DNA of 64,000 nucleotides from Eledone cirrhosa. Its lineage: Eukaryota. This document shows positions 13,672 through 25,917 of this stretch, piece by piece. Both the position numbers and the translations under genes were made by a program. The stretch spans positions 99,076,001 to 99,140,000 of the forward strand of contig OZ024746.1 in assembly GCA_964016885.1 (NCBI GenBank). The letters are read 5' to 3'. The notes beneath the pieces were generated by a model. That model did not search any database. It worked only from the letters and a program-made list of their open reading frames with translations, and was not told where the DNA came from. Positions within the stretch are counted from its first letter, which is position 1, and every line of letters begins with the position of its first letter.

Positions 13672-14090
13672 TGGCGGTCGATTGGCAGTATCGGTAGAGT
13701 GTCGGACAACATGCTTTGCGGCACATAGTTACAGTCCTTTACGTTCTGAATTAAAAAATCCTGCTGAGATTAGCTTTGCCTTTCATCCTTACGGGGTCGA
13801 TAAATAAAGTACCAGTCACGCACTGGGGTCGATTTAATCGACTTTCCCCTTCCTCTCCAATTATTGGCCTTGTGTCTAAACCAGAAACCATTATTATTGT
13901 GGATTGGCAGTATCAGTGGAGGGTTGGACGCCATGCTTTGTACCATAGAGTTACGCCCCTTTATGATCTGAGTTCAAATCCCGCCGAGGTTAACTTTGCC
14001 TTTCATCCTTACGGGGTCGATAAAATAAAGTACCAGTAATGCACTGGGTAATTGCTGGCCTTGTGCCACAAGTAGAAACAATTATTATTA
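13672..14090 (+). mobile_element. Two tandem SINE family A copies
   Basis: Heads at about 13672 and 13898, each with B-box and GGGGTCGATAAA core, separated by an (ATT)n tail. Confidence 0.8.
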
Positions 14091-14135
14091 TACCACAACC
14101 ACTATTAATATCTCACCACTACAGCCACCATCACC

Positions 14136-14440
14136 CAGGCTTCGATTTAGACCTTGGGGTGCCTAGAGTACTTCAGATTTGGAGAGGGGGGGGGGGGGGG
14201 GGACACATACACAAAAATAGAATACACAGCAAACCCTCAATTTTACATATCAAAGTTAGCTTCGTAGAAGTAATTGGAATGGTGAAGTTATACATACAGA
14301 CATTAAATTCAAAAAAAATGTAACCATCTTAAAACTTAAAAGTCAGCTGGGGGCACAAATAAATTGCTACGGCCGTCACTGGTCGGAACCCTTAACGCAG
14401 GGGGGCCGGGGCAATTCCCCCCCCATTAAATCTGGCCCCG
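14136..14440 (-). mobile_element. hAT-like MITE (same family as 10358-10664)
   Basis: Shared body TAGAATACACAGCAAACC...TTATACATACAG and end TAAATCTGGCCCCG. Confidence 0.7.
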
Positions 14441-14639
14441 ACCCCAACCACCACCATCCTCACATCACAACCTCCTCCATCATTAAGCCTGAGCCAGTGC
14501 TATCATCCAATCATATGCACCATCATCATCACACTAAAGCCATTTACTTCCAAATAGTTAAGTTCGGAAGGCACACATCGATACTATCACACCCCAGAGA
14601 CCTTAGAATAATTGTGGAAATCCTCTTCAGTTTTAGCTT

Positions 14640-15040
14640 CCAATAGAATTATTTCGTTAGCTTGAATGGCGAATTCTTCGTTTGCGAAGATCAGTGGAAA
14701 GAATTGTTGTGCTGTTCCGTGCAGTGGCACACCTTGGAGTGTCTGTAGAGGCCAATCCTGGACCTGCAGGCTCTGGTACAGTTGAGGCAAGTGTGTACTT
14801 GGTCTGTTGGTGGTTGGGTCGTGGACACCTTTCTTCTTTGATGTTTGTCTTCAGTCGCCGCCTTCCTTCCCCCTTTAAAGCTAGCTGCAACTGTTTTGAT
14901 GGTCACTTTCCATTTTTCTCTGTCCTTTTCCAGGTGTTCCCATCCGCTGTGATCAATATTGCCTTGGGTCAGCTGGCGCTTGAGTTGCTCCTTGAAGCAA
15001 TTTCGGGGCTGCCCTTGGTTTCGATTGCCTTGACGTAGTT
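14640..15040 (-). mobile_element. RTE-clade LINE 3' end with terminal C2H2-like finger
   Basis: HTCLNCTRACRSRIGLYRHSK preceded by a GNRNQGQPR...FK-type motif. Confidence 0.7.
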
Positions 15041-15124
15041 TCGCTGTCGAAAACTGCTTTTGGCTTTATTTCGCAAAAAAAAAGAGGAAACAGCTTTCAT
15101 TTATACACTGCAACCACCATTATT

Positions 15125-15975
15125 TCTACACCACCACCACCATCACTTGACCACCACTACCACCACCACCACCATCTCAACACTAGCACCACCACCACCA
15201 TCTCCACACCACCACCACCACCATCTCAACACTAGCACCACCACCACCATCTCCACACCACCACCACCACCATCTCCACACTAGCACCACCACCACCATC
15301 TCCACAACACCACCACCACCATCTCTACACCACCACCACCAACTACCACTACCACCACAACTACCACCACCACCACCACAACAACAACAACCACCAGCCA
15401 CAACTACCACCACAATCAACACAACTACCACCATAACAACCACCACAACAACCACCAACCACCACCACCACCACAACAACCACCACCACAACTACCACTA
15501 CAACTACCACCACCACCACAACAACCACCACCACCACCACAACAACCACCACCACAACTACCACCACAACTACCACCACCACCACAACAACCACCACTAC
15601 CACCACAACAACAACTACCACAACCACCACCACCACCACCACAACAACAACCACCACAATTAACACCACCAGCCACAACTACCACCACCACCACCACCAC
15701 CACAACTACCACCATAACAACCACCACCACCACCACAACAACAACAACAACCACAACTACCCCCCCCCCCCCCCCACCACCACAACTACCACCACAACAA
15801 TCACCTCAACAACAACCACCACGACTACCACCACCACCACCACCACCACAACAACGACCAGCCACAACCACCACCATCACCACCACCACAACTACAACCA
15901 CCACTACCACTTCCACCACCACTACCACCACCACCACAACCACCACTACCAGTATCATCATCACACCACCACTAC
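15125..15975. repeat. (CAC/CAA)n-rich degenerate array
   Basis: Seen directly; starts with subunits like CACCACCACCATCTCCACACTAG. Confidence 0.9.
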
Positions 15976-16607
15976 CTCGGTGGGATTTGAACTCAAATCG
16001 TAAAGGGGCGTAACACTATGCCATAAAGCATGGTGTCCGATGCTCTAACGATACTTCCAAACCACCGCCCCCGGGGGTTAACCACGATCAACAGGGTGGT
16101 CCCCCTCCCACCCAAGAGAGGCCTGAAGAGCCTCTAATATTGCGATTCCATTTGAATTGCGTCAACGGCCTCAAAGCAGCTCTATATTAGCCTCAATCTT
16201 ATTTTCGAGAACACTGCTCTGTTATGGGGATATGTGATGTGTCAACACGCCACTGTTTTAGTTGAAGTGGGTGAAAAACTGTGGACCGACGTGGTGCATC
16301 TTCAGGTTTTCTCTGGGATTCTCTTTACACACTCCAAACCTGATTAAAATTTTGGTAAATTATTATTATTTTATCCGTCTGGAAGATGGGTGTTATGGAG
16401 TTCTCGGGTGGAAAACCACAAAAAAACTGAGTAATTTTCGGCGGTTTTCAAGGCTGCATTTGTTTAAAACACATCAAAAACCATTCTATTACGCCCCCCT
16501 CAGACATGGGTGTAGTAACAATAAACATTTATCTCAATTTTCTGAGAGATATATTGAAATATGTGGGGTCCGTCATGGCAGATGATTTTACAAACGTTTT
16601 TCATACA

Positions 16608-16615
16608 TGTGTGTG

Positions 16616-16690
<75 letters not shown>

Positions 16691-16858
16691 GTACATGTGT
16701 GTGTCTAGGGGTGTGTGTGTGTACATGTGTGTGTATGTGTGTCTGTGTGTGACATGTGTGTGTGTGTGCATGCATGTGTGTGTATATGTATGTTCACTTG
16801 TGTGTGTGCGTGGGTGTACATGTGTGTGCTTGTGTGTGTGCACATATATGTGCATGCA

Positions 16859-16890
<32 letters not shown>
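16608..16890. repeat. (GT)n-rich microsatellite
   Basis: Seen directly. Confidence 0.95.
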
Positions 16891-16892
<2 letters not shown>

Positions 16893-17534
16893 CGTTTTGT
16901 CTAATGATTGGTCACCCTAAATACTAATCCTCTTGAACTGGAACTCAACTGGTCCTGATTAGTGTGTGTCTGTGGTCAGCATAAAAATCTTGACTAAAAG
17001 TCTACCGAAACACTTCGAGGGTCAAAAAGCAAACTTTGATACAGACACATCACTGGAATTTGTCAGCCATCGCAAAAGCCGTTTGGCACAACGTTCCAAA
17101 GAGCCACGTAATAAATGTAAACGGATAAATAGTCTGAACATGATTTATACTTCAATAGGCTGGCTACTAATGACTATCAGCTGGAAAATACATTATGTTG
17201 AACGTTATAATCATAGCACATACAGGCAGGGAATTTTCTGATAACATATCCTTTAGCAAGGACGGAAGCGACCCCAGCCATACTATCGTAAAGCGGCATG
17301 CAAGAGTCTGAACCAAACGATTAAAATTGAAAAGATATGTTTTTGATAATCTGAAAAAAGAGAATGGAAGCTATGCTAAACATCAATTTTTTGTACATGT
17401 TATAAAGATACCCTTTTTATATATACCAGGTGCACTTTTCGAAACCCCTTTCTTTTTTATTATCATTTTCCTTATATAACCTAATTTGTATAGAACATTT
17501 TCTTACGTCCACACTTTTTCCCCTATATATATAT

Positions 17535-17822
17535 ATTGTTATATTTGGGGAGGGTCATATTGTTATATTGCCAGAAGTAATAATAAAACACACTGTTTGG
17601 TTTGGATTGGATTTCGCTTCTGTATATTTTATATCTCTATAGTTAATTTAGCTATCAATCAATGTTTAATGTTTATCATTGATTGACCAACAGTTAAAAA
17701 TATATATATAAATATATATATATATAGTCTATCAAAGTTCTTTCATCACACATCTGTGACGTCATCACTGGGACTATTATGTTTCCTCCCGTGTTATAGG
17801 TGTGTGATGAAAGAACTTTGAT

Positions 17823-17888
<66 letters not shown>

Positions 17889-18053
17889 TATATTAACCGC
17901 TAGTCAATCAGTGATAAACGTTGATTGCCAGATAAATTAACTATGGGGTTATAAAAGATACAAAAGCAAAAACCAATACAAACCAAACAGTGAGTGTGCT
18001 TTATTATTACTTCTGGCAATATTATAATATGACCCTCCCCAAGTATAACAATA
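17535..18053. mobile_element. Pair of inverted Penelope-like pLTR fragments with degenerate hammerheads
   Basis: 17535-17697 (+) and 17893-18053 (-) are diverged inverted copies; motif TGTTATAT-TTGGGGA-GGGTCATATTGTTATATTGCCA-GAAG-TAA-TA-ATAAAACA. Confidence 0.5.
17724..17828. mobile_element. ~105-bp MITE inserted in (TA)n
   Basis: Perfect TIRs TAGTCTATCAAAGTTCTTTCATCACAC / GTGTGATGAAAGAACTTTGATAGACTA. Confidence 0.75.
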
Positions 18054-18092
18054 TTTGTTTCAACACACGATTTCATATCAGAAACCTTACAA

Positions 18093-18175
<83 letters not shown>

Positions 18176-18413
18176 AATTAGTATATCTACCAACATACAT
18201 ATATATACAGATGCATACCTATGCTAGCAAATATATAGGTTTTGTCTTAGTAACTTTGTCTTGGGAACTTAGCTGAGAATTGACTGCCTGATGACGAAAG
18301 GCATTCTCCATGTGTTCCATTCGGAAACCATGTTTATTCCCTTTCAGAAACTAATTAGTTGGAGTGAAATTTTAGTAAGTAGGTTAATTTTTATAGTTTT
18401 CTTATTTTACGTC

Positions 18414-18487
<74 letters not shown>

Positions 18488-18492
<5 letters not shown>

Positions 18493-18856
18493 GGAGGTGA
18501 GTTTTATTGTAGCACAATAAAGCAATGAAAATATCGGATAAGTAGCACTCAACAGTTTATTGGACTGGAGTATATATAAGAAGAAATTAAAAGATGGTTT
18601 AAAAAGTTCCATGTATTTTATTATGCGCATTTCAAAAACAAATATCATCCAAGGTAGTGTCTAAACAACATATGTTGTTTAGACACTACCTTGCTCATAA
18701 GTGTCTTTTTTAAGCTTCATATCATGTCTCCCTATTTTATCTGATGAGAACGCAAATATCGTCCCTGGATGATATTTGTTTTTGAAATGCGCATAATAAA
18801 ATACATGGAACTTTTTAAACCATCTTTTAATTTCTTCTTCTTATATATATATACTT
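18488..18856. mobile_element. Penelope-like pLTR derivative, fold-back structure in (TA)n
   Basis: Arms 18569-18651 and 18766-18856 are inverted; central perfect palindrome 18650-18693; contains an intact hammerhead. Confidence 0.7.
18733..18803 (+). ncRNA. Minimal type I hammerhead ribozyme motif
   Basis: TATTTTAT-CTGATGA-[GAACGCAAATATCGTC CCTG GATGATATTTGTTTTT]-GAAA-TGCGCA-TA^ATAAAATA: perfect 8-bp stem I, long stem II, palindromic stem III, canonical core. Confidence 0.85.
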
Positions 18857-19075
18857 ATGTGAGTGTATAGGTGAGTGGCTGGTTAACCGGGAGGTAGGGA
18901 CATAGAAGGATGTGTGTGGTTTAGTTCATCATTGAGCGGTCTGGATCTGGAGAGTGGGGTCGATTGTAAATGTATTGTTTACGTTTTCTTGGGTTTGTGG
19001 TGGGCTTTGATTAATCTTGATTTAATAACGTTCAAATTAGAACATTTTACGGTCTTATGTAAGTATATATATCTG

Positions 19076-19141
<66 letters not shown>

Positions 19142-19621
19142 AGTATAAATAAAGTGCTCAAGCGCAAAAATGCTATAAAGATACCTTATAAAATAGGGTG
19201 AAAGGCCTTAAAAGACGGAAAAAGTGGTTGCCATCGGCCATATATGTATATATATATATATGTTTGTGTGTGTGTATAAAGAGAAGTAAGGTTCTATACA
19301 AATATAATATATATACACATACACACAAGGATTTATATCACGCTGTCAAAATATAATGACTTTCTGGAGGGTTTCAAAATAAAAGTTCATTTTAATTTTA
19401 TTGTTTAATAGTCTCCGATTTTGTGAAGCAAAACAAGGCGCCTTATCTGCTGACTGGCTGTATCGGTTTCGTGGGAAATGTTGTAAGACACAGCCATGTT
19501 TGAAATGACATTTCAACGTAAAAGAAATCAGAGTATCTGTCGGTCGTGTGAGAACAGCAGAGAAGAGATTGATGGCGAGACAGGGGTGGGGGAAGAAGGC
19601 AAGAAGGAGAAACGTGCTACA

Positions 19622-19923
19622 CTATTGTTGTTGTTGCTGATCTTGCTGTTGATGTTGGTGATGTTGCTGTTGATTCTACTGCTGCTCTTGTTGCTGCTAT
19701 TGCTGCTGCTGCTGTTGATGCTGTTGATGCTGTTGATGCTGCTGCTCTCGCTACTGTTGATGTTGCTGCTGCTGTTGCTACTGTCGCTACTGCTGTTGAT
19801 GCTGCTCTTCTTGCTGCAGTAGCACAGCACTTGTTGCTACTGCTGTTGATTGTGATGCTGCTGCACTTGTTGCTACTGCTGTTGATTGTGATGCTGCTGC
19901 ACTTGTTGCTACTGCTGTTGTTG
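19622..19923. repeat. (CTG/TTG)n degenerate trinucleotide array
   Basis: Seen directly; includes a ~36-bp subrepeat CACTTGTTGCTACTGCTGTTGATTGTGATGCTGCTG. Confidence 0.9.
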
Positions 19924-20028
19924 AAGGGATGAGGGGGCAGGGGTGTTAGCCACCATGGTGGAATGTCATAGTTCGATGATTTTTTTCTTTTTTTTTTAAC
20001 CTGAATATAGTCAACCAGGTCACCAACC

Positions 20029-20768
20029 CACCATTTATAAGTCCACTCAGCCTGCTGACAACAACACCAAAACTCCCCATTTATAAGTCCACTCAGCCTT
20101 CTGGCAACAACACCAAAACTCCCCCATTTATAAGTCCACTCAGCCTGCTGACAACAACACCAAAACTCCCCCATTTATAAGTCCACTCAGCCTGCTGACA
20201 ACAACACCAAAACTCCCCCATTTATAAGTCCACTCAGCCTTCTGGCAACAACACCAAAACTCCCCCATTTATAAGTCCACTCAGCCTGCTGACAACAACA
20301 CCAAAACTCCCCCATTTATAAGTCCACTCAGCCTGCTGACAACAACACCAAAACTCCCCCATTTATAAGTCCACTCAGCCTGCTGACAACAACACCAAAA
20401 CTCCCCCATTTATAAGTCCACTCAGCCTGCTGACAACAACACCAAAACTCCCCCATTTATAAGTCCACTCAGCCTGCTGACAACAACACCAAAACTCCCC
20501 CATTTATAAGTCCACTCAGCCTGCTGGCAACAACACCAAAACTCCCCCATTTATAAGTCCACTCAGCCTGCTGACAACAACACCAACCCCCCATTTATAA
20601 GTCCACTCAGCCTTCTGGCAACAACATCAAAACTCCCCCATTTATAAGTCCACTCAGCCTGCTGACAACAACACCAAAACTCCCCCATTTATAAGTCCAC
20701 TCAGCCTGCTGACAACAACACCAAAACTCCCCCATTTATAAGTCCACTCAGCCTGCTGACAACAACAT
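20029..20768. repeat. 47-bp minisatellite, about 16 copies
   Basis: Unit CCATTTATAAGTCCACTCAGCCTGCTGACAACAACACCAAAACTCCC, head-to-tail with no spacers. Confidence 0.95.
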
Positions 20769-21213
20769 CTAAACCTCCCTCAAACCCTCCCCAAACTGTC
20801 TTAAAAAGGGAACAATATATTACACACGGTTTACATTACACTTTTATAACACACATGAAAGCTGTGTTGCAGAAACAGGTCAGCTAAATGGTATTTTAAG
20901 AGACTTGCGTTGCATAATGTTTGGAAGTGAAACTTCTAAACAGAACAGTCTGAGAAGGGAGCCCACGAGGTTGGGTGCCGTCTTGTCGTCGGGGTGCAGC
21001 ACTTCTGCCCCCTTGCCCTAGGCCCAAAGCCCAGTCACCTCCCCTCTCACCCCTCCCCTCTCATCTGCGACACCAGAGCTCTTGCCATCCCTTCCCCTTC
21101 CCGTTATTTTTCTTCTTTCTTTTCCTCTTTTTCTCTATATTTCCCTATTCTTTCTTTCCTTTTGTTTTTAATTATTGCCGTTATTATGGTTGTCACTATT
21201 ATTATTATTGTTA

Positions 21214-21925
21214 AGGGCGATGGATTGGCAGTATCGGTAGAGCGTCGGACACATGCTTTGCGGCATAGAGTTACAGCCCTTTATTTTGCTTACGTGAGTT
21301 TTATATCAAATAATAATAATTGTTTCTACTTTTTGCACAAGGCCAGCAATTACCCAGTCTATTACTGGTACTTTATTTTATCGACCCCTTATGGATAAAA
21401 GGCAAAGTTAACCTCGGCGGGATTTGAACGCAGACCGTAAAGGGACCTAACTCTATGCAGGAAAGCATTGCGTCCGACCAAGCAAACAGCCTCATATGTC
21501 ATGTTCTTTAGATGACCATCACCATAAGTTTGTTCTAGAAGTGACGGAGAGAAACAAGCGAAGTTAGAGCGAAAAAACAAATTCTAATTTTGTTTTTAAA
21601 TATACTCTGTTATATTATACACGACGATTATATTAGTTTTATTATCATAAAATAAAGCACCAGTAATGCACTGGGGTCGATTTATTTGACTTCCCTTCCC
21701 CTTAAATTGTGCCTAAAATAGAAACAATTATTAGTACTAGGTAGGGAGTCGGACACCATGGTTTACAGCATAGAGTTACGGCACTTTACAGTCTGAGTTC
21801 AAATCCTGGCTTTCATCCTTACAGCGTCGATAAAATAAAGTAACGTACTGGGGTCGATTTATTCGATTTTGCACCCCCCCTCTCCCAAAACGGTTGGCCT
21901 TGTGCTTAAATCAGAAACCATTATA
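21214..21925. mobile_element. Cluster of SINE family A fragments, both strands
   Basis: 21214-21285 (+), 21315-21480 (-), 21648-21925 (+). Confidence 0.7.
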
Positions 21926-21964
21926 AGTGCTAGCCATTTGCTTTAGAAAATTGATTTAAAATAT

Positions 21965-22372
21965 CCTTCTTCTTCGTCCACTTATTGTTGAGGGGCTCGT
22001 GGAGAGTGAGTCCTCAAACACTCCCTCCAGTGGGTCCTGTCAGAAGCAACCGTCTCCAATTGATCCGGCTGGATCTCCAAGCGTGACCAGACAAGTTCAT
22101 GTATGTTATCCAACCATCTTGCTCGTGGTCTACCCTGGGTCCCCTATCTGTTGGTTTCGCCTGTAAAATCTGTCCAGCTATTCTTTCCTGAGGCATTTTA
22201 ACCACACTCCCATAGTATCAGAGCTGTGATCTCTCAATTAGGAGAAGTAATGGTTCTACCTGGAGTGACTTTCCAGTGATTCTTTCCGGAGATATTCTAA
22301 CCACATTCCCATAGTGCTAGAGCTGTGATCTCTCAATTCGGAGAAGTAACAGTTCTACCTGGAGTGATTCTC
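21965..22372 (-). mobile_element. RTE (Expander/Rex3-like) 3' fragment with (GAA)n tail and ~80-bp internal duplication
   Basis: LLLLIERSQL-YYGSVVKMPQERIAGQILQAKPTDRGPR; the ACCACA..CCCATAGT..GAGCTGTGATCTCTC block occurs twice. Confidence 0.75.
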
Positions 22373-22764
22373 TGATCTTGTAAATATTGTCAGCATTAAA
22401 TAACCAACAAAGACAAAACTTGAATTCACACTGACAGCACGCCCTAATATAAAGAATAAACGCCTGCAAATTTAGTAATTTTGGGTGGGAAACAATTTCA
22501 AAATGATGATTGACTGCAATCGACATAAATTTGTATGTATTCATATTCGTGATTAATGTCACAAGACAAGCATCGTGGGTTAGTGAAATCTGTTGTTGCT
22601 TCATGAAGTGTTAAAGGATGTTATAGTAAATTATAGTGTTGGTTATAAGATTTACATTGGTGTTGTTTTTTTACTCATATGGGTCTTTAGAGATCTTTGT
22701 CAGCAGATGGTTTCAAATTTGAATATGGGCGAAATTTCGTACTCGACTAGAATAGCATCCGCAG

Positions 22765-23031
22765 CCTGGATCGGATTAATAGGGGGATGGGACAAAGGGG
22801 GCAATTGCCCTGGGCCCCTTGCAGTGTGGGTGGGGCACCAGTGACGGCCGTAGCAATTTATTTGTGCCCTCAAGTTGGCTTTTTAGTTTTAGGATGGTTA
22901 GAAATTTTGAATTTAATACCAGTTACTTGTGTCAAGGTAACTTTGGTATGTAAAATTGGGGGGTTTGATGTGTATTCTAATTTTTTTCTGTATTGGACCC
23001 CCACCTCACCCCCAGTCTAAGTCCAACCCTG
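22765..23031 (+). mobile_element. hAT-like MITE (same family as 10358-10664)
   Basis: GGGGCAATTGCCCTGGGCCCC start region and TAAGTCCAACCCTG end. Confidence 0.7.
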
Positions 23032-23421
23032 TTTATTAACCCATTAGATGCTATGATCTTAAATGCACCGTACCTGAAAAACAAATTTGATGATATGACA
23101 AGAATGCCCTTGGTCATGTCTACTCCAGAAATTATGGGTTGATCAGGAAGTTTACTAATATAATTAAAGTATCACTACTGTTGTGTAGTCAAGGCGTAAT
23201 TTCCAATTTAGATATTAATAGCTACAACTTTTTCGTGTGTCTTATAAAATTGGTATCCAGTTTACAAAAGAGCTTATAGTTATAATCAATTATAATATTT
23301 GTGTTTATCCTATTCTATCACGGTTGTTTTGTTTTTGTTTTGCTTTTATAAACCGAAGAGAGGAGCTAAAATATTCTAAAATTGAAATCAGTACTCAATT
23401 AAAAAAATTCTGTTTGTAAAT

Positions 23422-24344
23422 CGATTTTAGATTTAAAGACAAGCTGTTCTGTATCTTTGAACTCGGTGTCTCCATGGTGATCATCACTGAACTATTGCTG
23501 AGAGAGTGGGATGTAATCTGTGATGGATTTAGAAACTTGGTGTTCGAGTTGTGTCTTTCTGTGGTTCGAGAACTGGATAATAAATCCTGTTGGCTGCTAG
23601 CAGAACAATATCTACTGCTTTTATTTAATATACACTTAGTCATTTGATTTAAAACCAACCGTTAATACTTGTTTTGTTCTCTACTAAGTATAGGAATCTT
23701 ACCAAACAGTAGATAGATAAAATAGGGAGCAGTTTTTTACGCCATTTTGAAACATTTCTTGCTTACAATATTTGCATAAGTGAACAGCTTGCATAGCTCG
23801 GAGATCATAGAATCACTCCAGGTAGAGCCACGACTTCTCCGAATTGAGAGATCACAGCTCCGATACTATGGGTATGTGGTTAGAATGTCTCAGGAAAGAA
23901 TCGCCGGACAGATTCTACGGGCAAAACCAACTGGTAGGTGACCCAGGGGTAGACCCCAAGCAAGATGGTTGGATAACATATACGAGCTTCGCTGGGGGAT
24001 CCAGCTGGATCAATTGGAGACGGTTGCTTCTGACAGGACTCGCTGGAAGGAGTGTTTGGGGACTCTGACCCGAAAACCCTCCCTGGATTATGTGGGCGAA
24101 GAAGAAGAAGAAGAAGAAGAAGAAGAAGAAGAAGAAGAAGAAGAGATTTAAAAGTTTCAAAACAGGTGGCAGAGAGAAAAAGTAGAACTCTCTTGTCGAA
24201 AAATAGAAGCACACACCACGAACACTAAGTTTCTAAATCCATCACAGATTACATCCCACTCTTTCAGCAATAGTACAGAGATGATCACTAAGGAGATACT
24301 GAATTCGAAGATACGGAACAGCTTGTCTCTAAATCTAATATCGA
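23422..24344. repeat. Diverged ~125-bp inverted repeat pair (23422-23547 / 24219-24344)
   Basis: GAGTGGGATGTAATCTGTGATGGATTTAGAAACTT vs AAGTTTCTAAATCCATCACAGATTACATCCCACTC. Confidence 0.8.
23790..24145 (+). mobile_element. RTE (Expander/Rex3-like) 3' fragment with (GAA)n tail
   Basis: EPRLLRIERSQLRYYGYVVRMSQERI...; tail of about 16 GAA units. Confidence 0.8.
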
Positions 24345-24430
24345 CATAGCTTTCCATAAATGACCGCCCTGTATGTTTATATATTCAATTATGTATTTGT
24401 ATATCAACGGTTACATTGTACAACGATTTC

Positions 24431-24513
24431 TATTGGATCGTCAAGTATGAAATTTGTAGAAATTTGTTTTTCTTCCACAAATTTCTACAAATTTCATACT
24501 TGACGACCCAATA
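24431..24513. repeat. 37-bp-arm hairpin
   Basis: TATTGGATCGTCAAGTATGAAATTTGTAGAAATTTGT, 9-nt loop, then the complement with one mismatch. Confidence 0.85.
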
Positions 24514-24704
24514 TTTAAAAAATTGATTTCAGGGATATATAGTTTCTTCAGTCGACCAATCACCTATGAGTTCCATTGTTAATCGATCTGTTATACTAAA
24601 TATGTATGTTTTCTTTTTATTTCTTTTAATGTTTCGCATTATTAGTCCCACTTCTTACAATTAAATCATTTTAAAATTGAATATTTATTATTCAAGTAAA
24701 TTTA

Positions 24705-24762
<58 letters not shown>

Positions 24763-24763
<1 letters not shown>

Positions 24764-25917
24764 GTGGGGATGCCGTGGCTAATGATGCGTAAACACGCAT
24801 TAAGGCTACGGCACCTCTACGTATTCCTCACCGGACAACCGGTGTGGGCCTCGTTTGTGAGACGAACCTTTCCCAGACTCGTCTCACTCACCGAGCTGCA
24901 ATCCTGGGTCAAGCAAAGACCGAGAAAACTGGGCGCCTGGCACACTGAGTGTGCCCAGGCGCTCACCGCCCTCTGGCAGGCGGATCCGGTTATCAGTGGA
25001 GACTCCACCGCAACATTCTATAGAGGGCTGGTACGCAGCAGGTGCGACGACGCCCTCGGAGAAGCCCTAGACATGGAGGAGGACGAACTGGCCAGCCTGT
25101 TCGGTAGGACATTCAGCCCGGGACCTATGGACAACTTCCAGAAGTCCCTGGCCTGGCAGTGCTACCGAGGGGCTTTACCCGTTCGAGAAAGGCTCTACAG
25201 ACACGGGCGCCCGGGTAGGGACCCCGCCAAAAAGATCTGTCCCAGATGCGTGTGCGACGAGGAAACCGTTGCACACGCATTGGTACACTGCTCGGGCGTA
25301 GCCGATCTGTGGGGCTATGTCGAACAACTGCTGTCAAGGGTGGGACCGATCCGGTTGACCACCGAGTCTATTGTAATGATCAAGCCGCCTCCCCCCTTCA
25401 AAGATGAAGCAGAGGCGGTGTTTCTGTGCGTAATAGCCATGGCGAAAGAGGTTGTATGGTGGACGCGTCTGAAAGGACTGAGGTCAGGCACCTTTCTCTC
25501 TGGCCAACAACTGGTCCGTTTCTTCCGATATCATTTCGGAAGAAGGATCAGGATGGAGAGAGAGGTGCTGCACCCCAGTCGTTTTTATGAAAGGTGGGTG
25601 AAAGTGGCGAGAATGGCCCGTGTGAATGGGCCTTCTCTTTACATAAGCCTGTAGGTGGAAAAGAGGAAGGAACGAGGGAGCACCCCCTCTCTGTGCTCCT
25701 GAGGAAAAGGGTTGCACACTTTTTTCGGGGGTGTGTGCGACCCCCCAAGGCGCCTCCTCTCTATTGAGGATTTTGTTAAAAATTTTATTTTTTGTTATAT
25801 CTTATTTTATTTTTATATTTTGTTATTGCCTCCTCCTTATTGAGGACGCCTTTTTGTGTAAACTCCCCCCTTTGTACTTGTCCCACTTTTGATGCCCTAG
25901 TGGCAAATAAAAGAAAC

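Noticed and set aside
18960-19060. Possible second GIY-YIG C-terminal fragment (LNVIKSRLIKAHHKP)
   Set aside because: Too short and diverged to support.
19496-19923. PolyQ/polyL host exon
   Set aside because: Low-complexity array with no recognisable flanking protein sequence or convincing splice sites.
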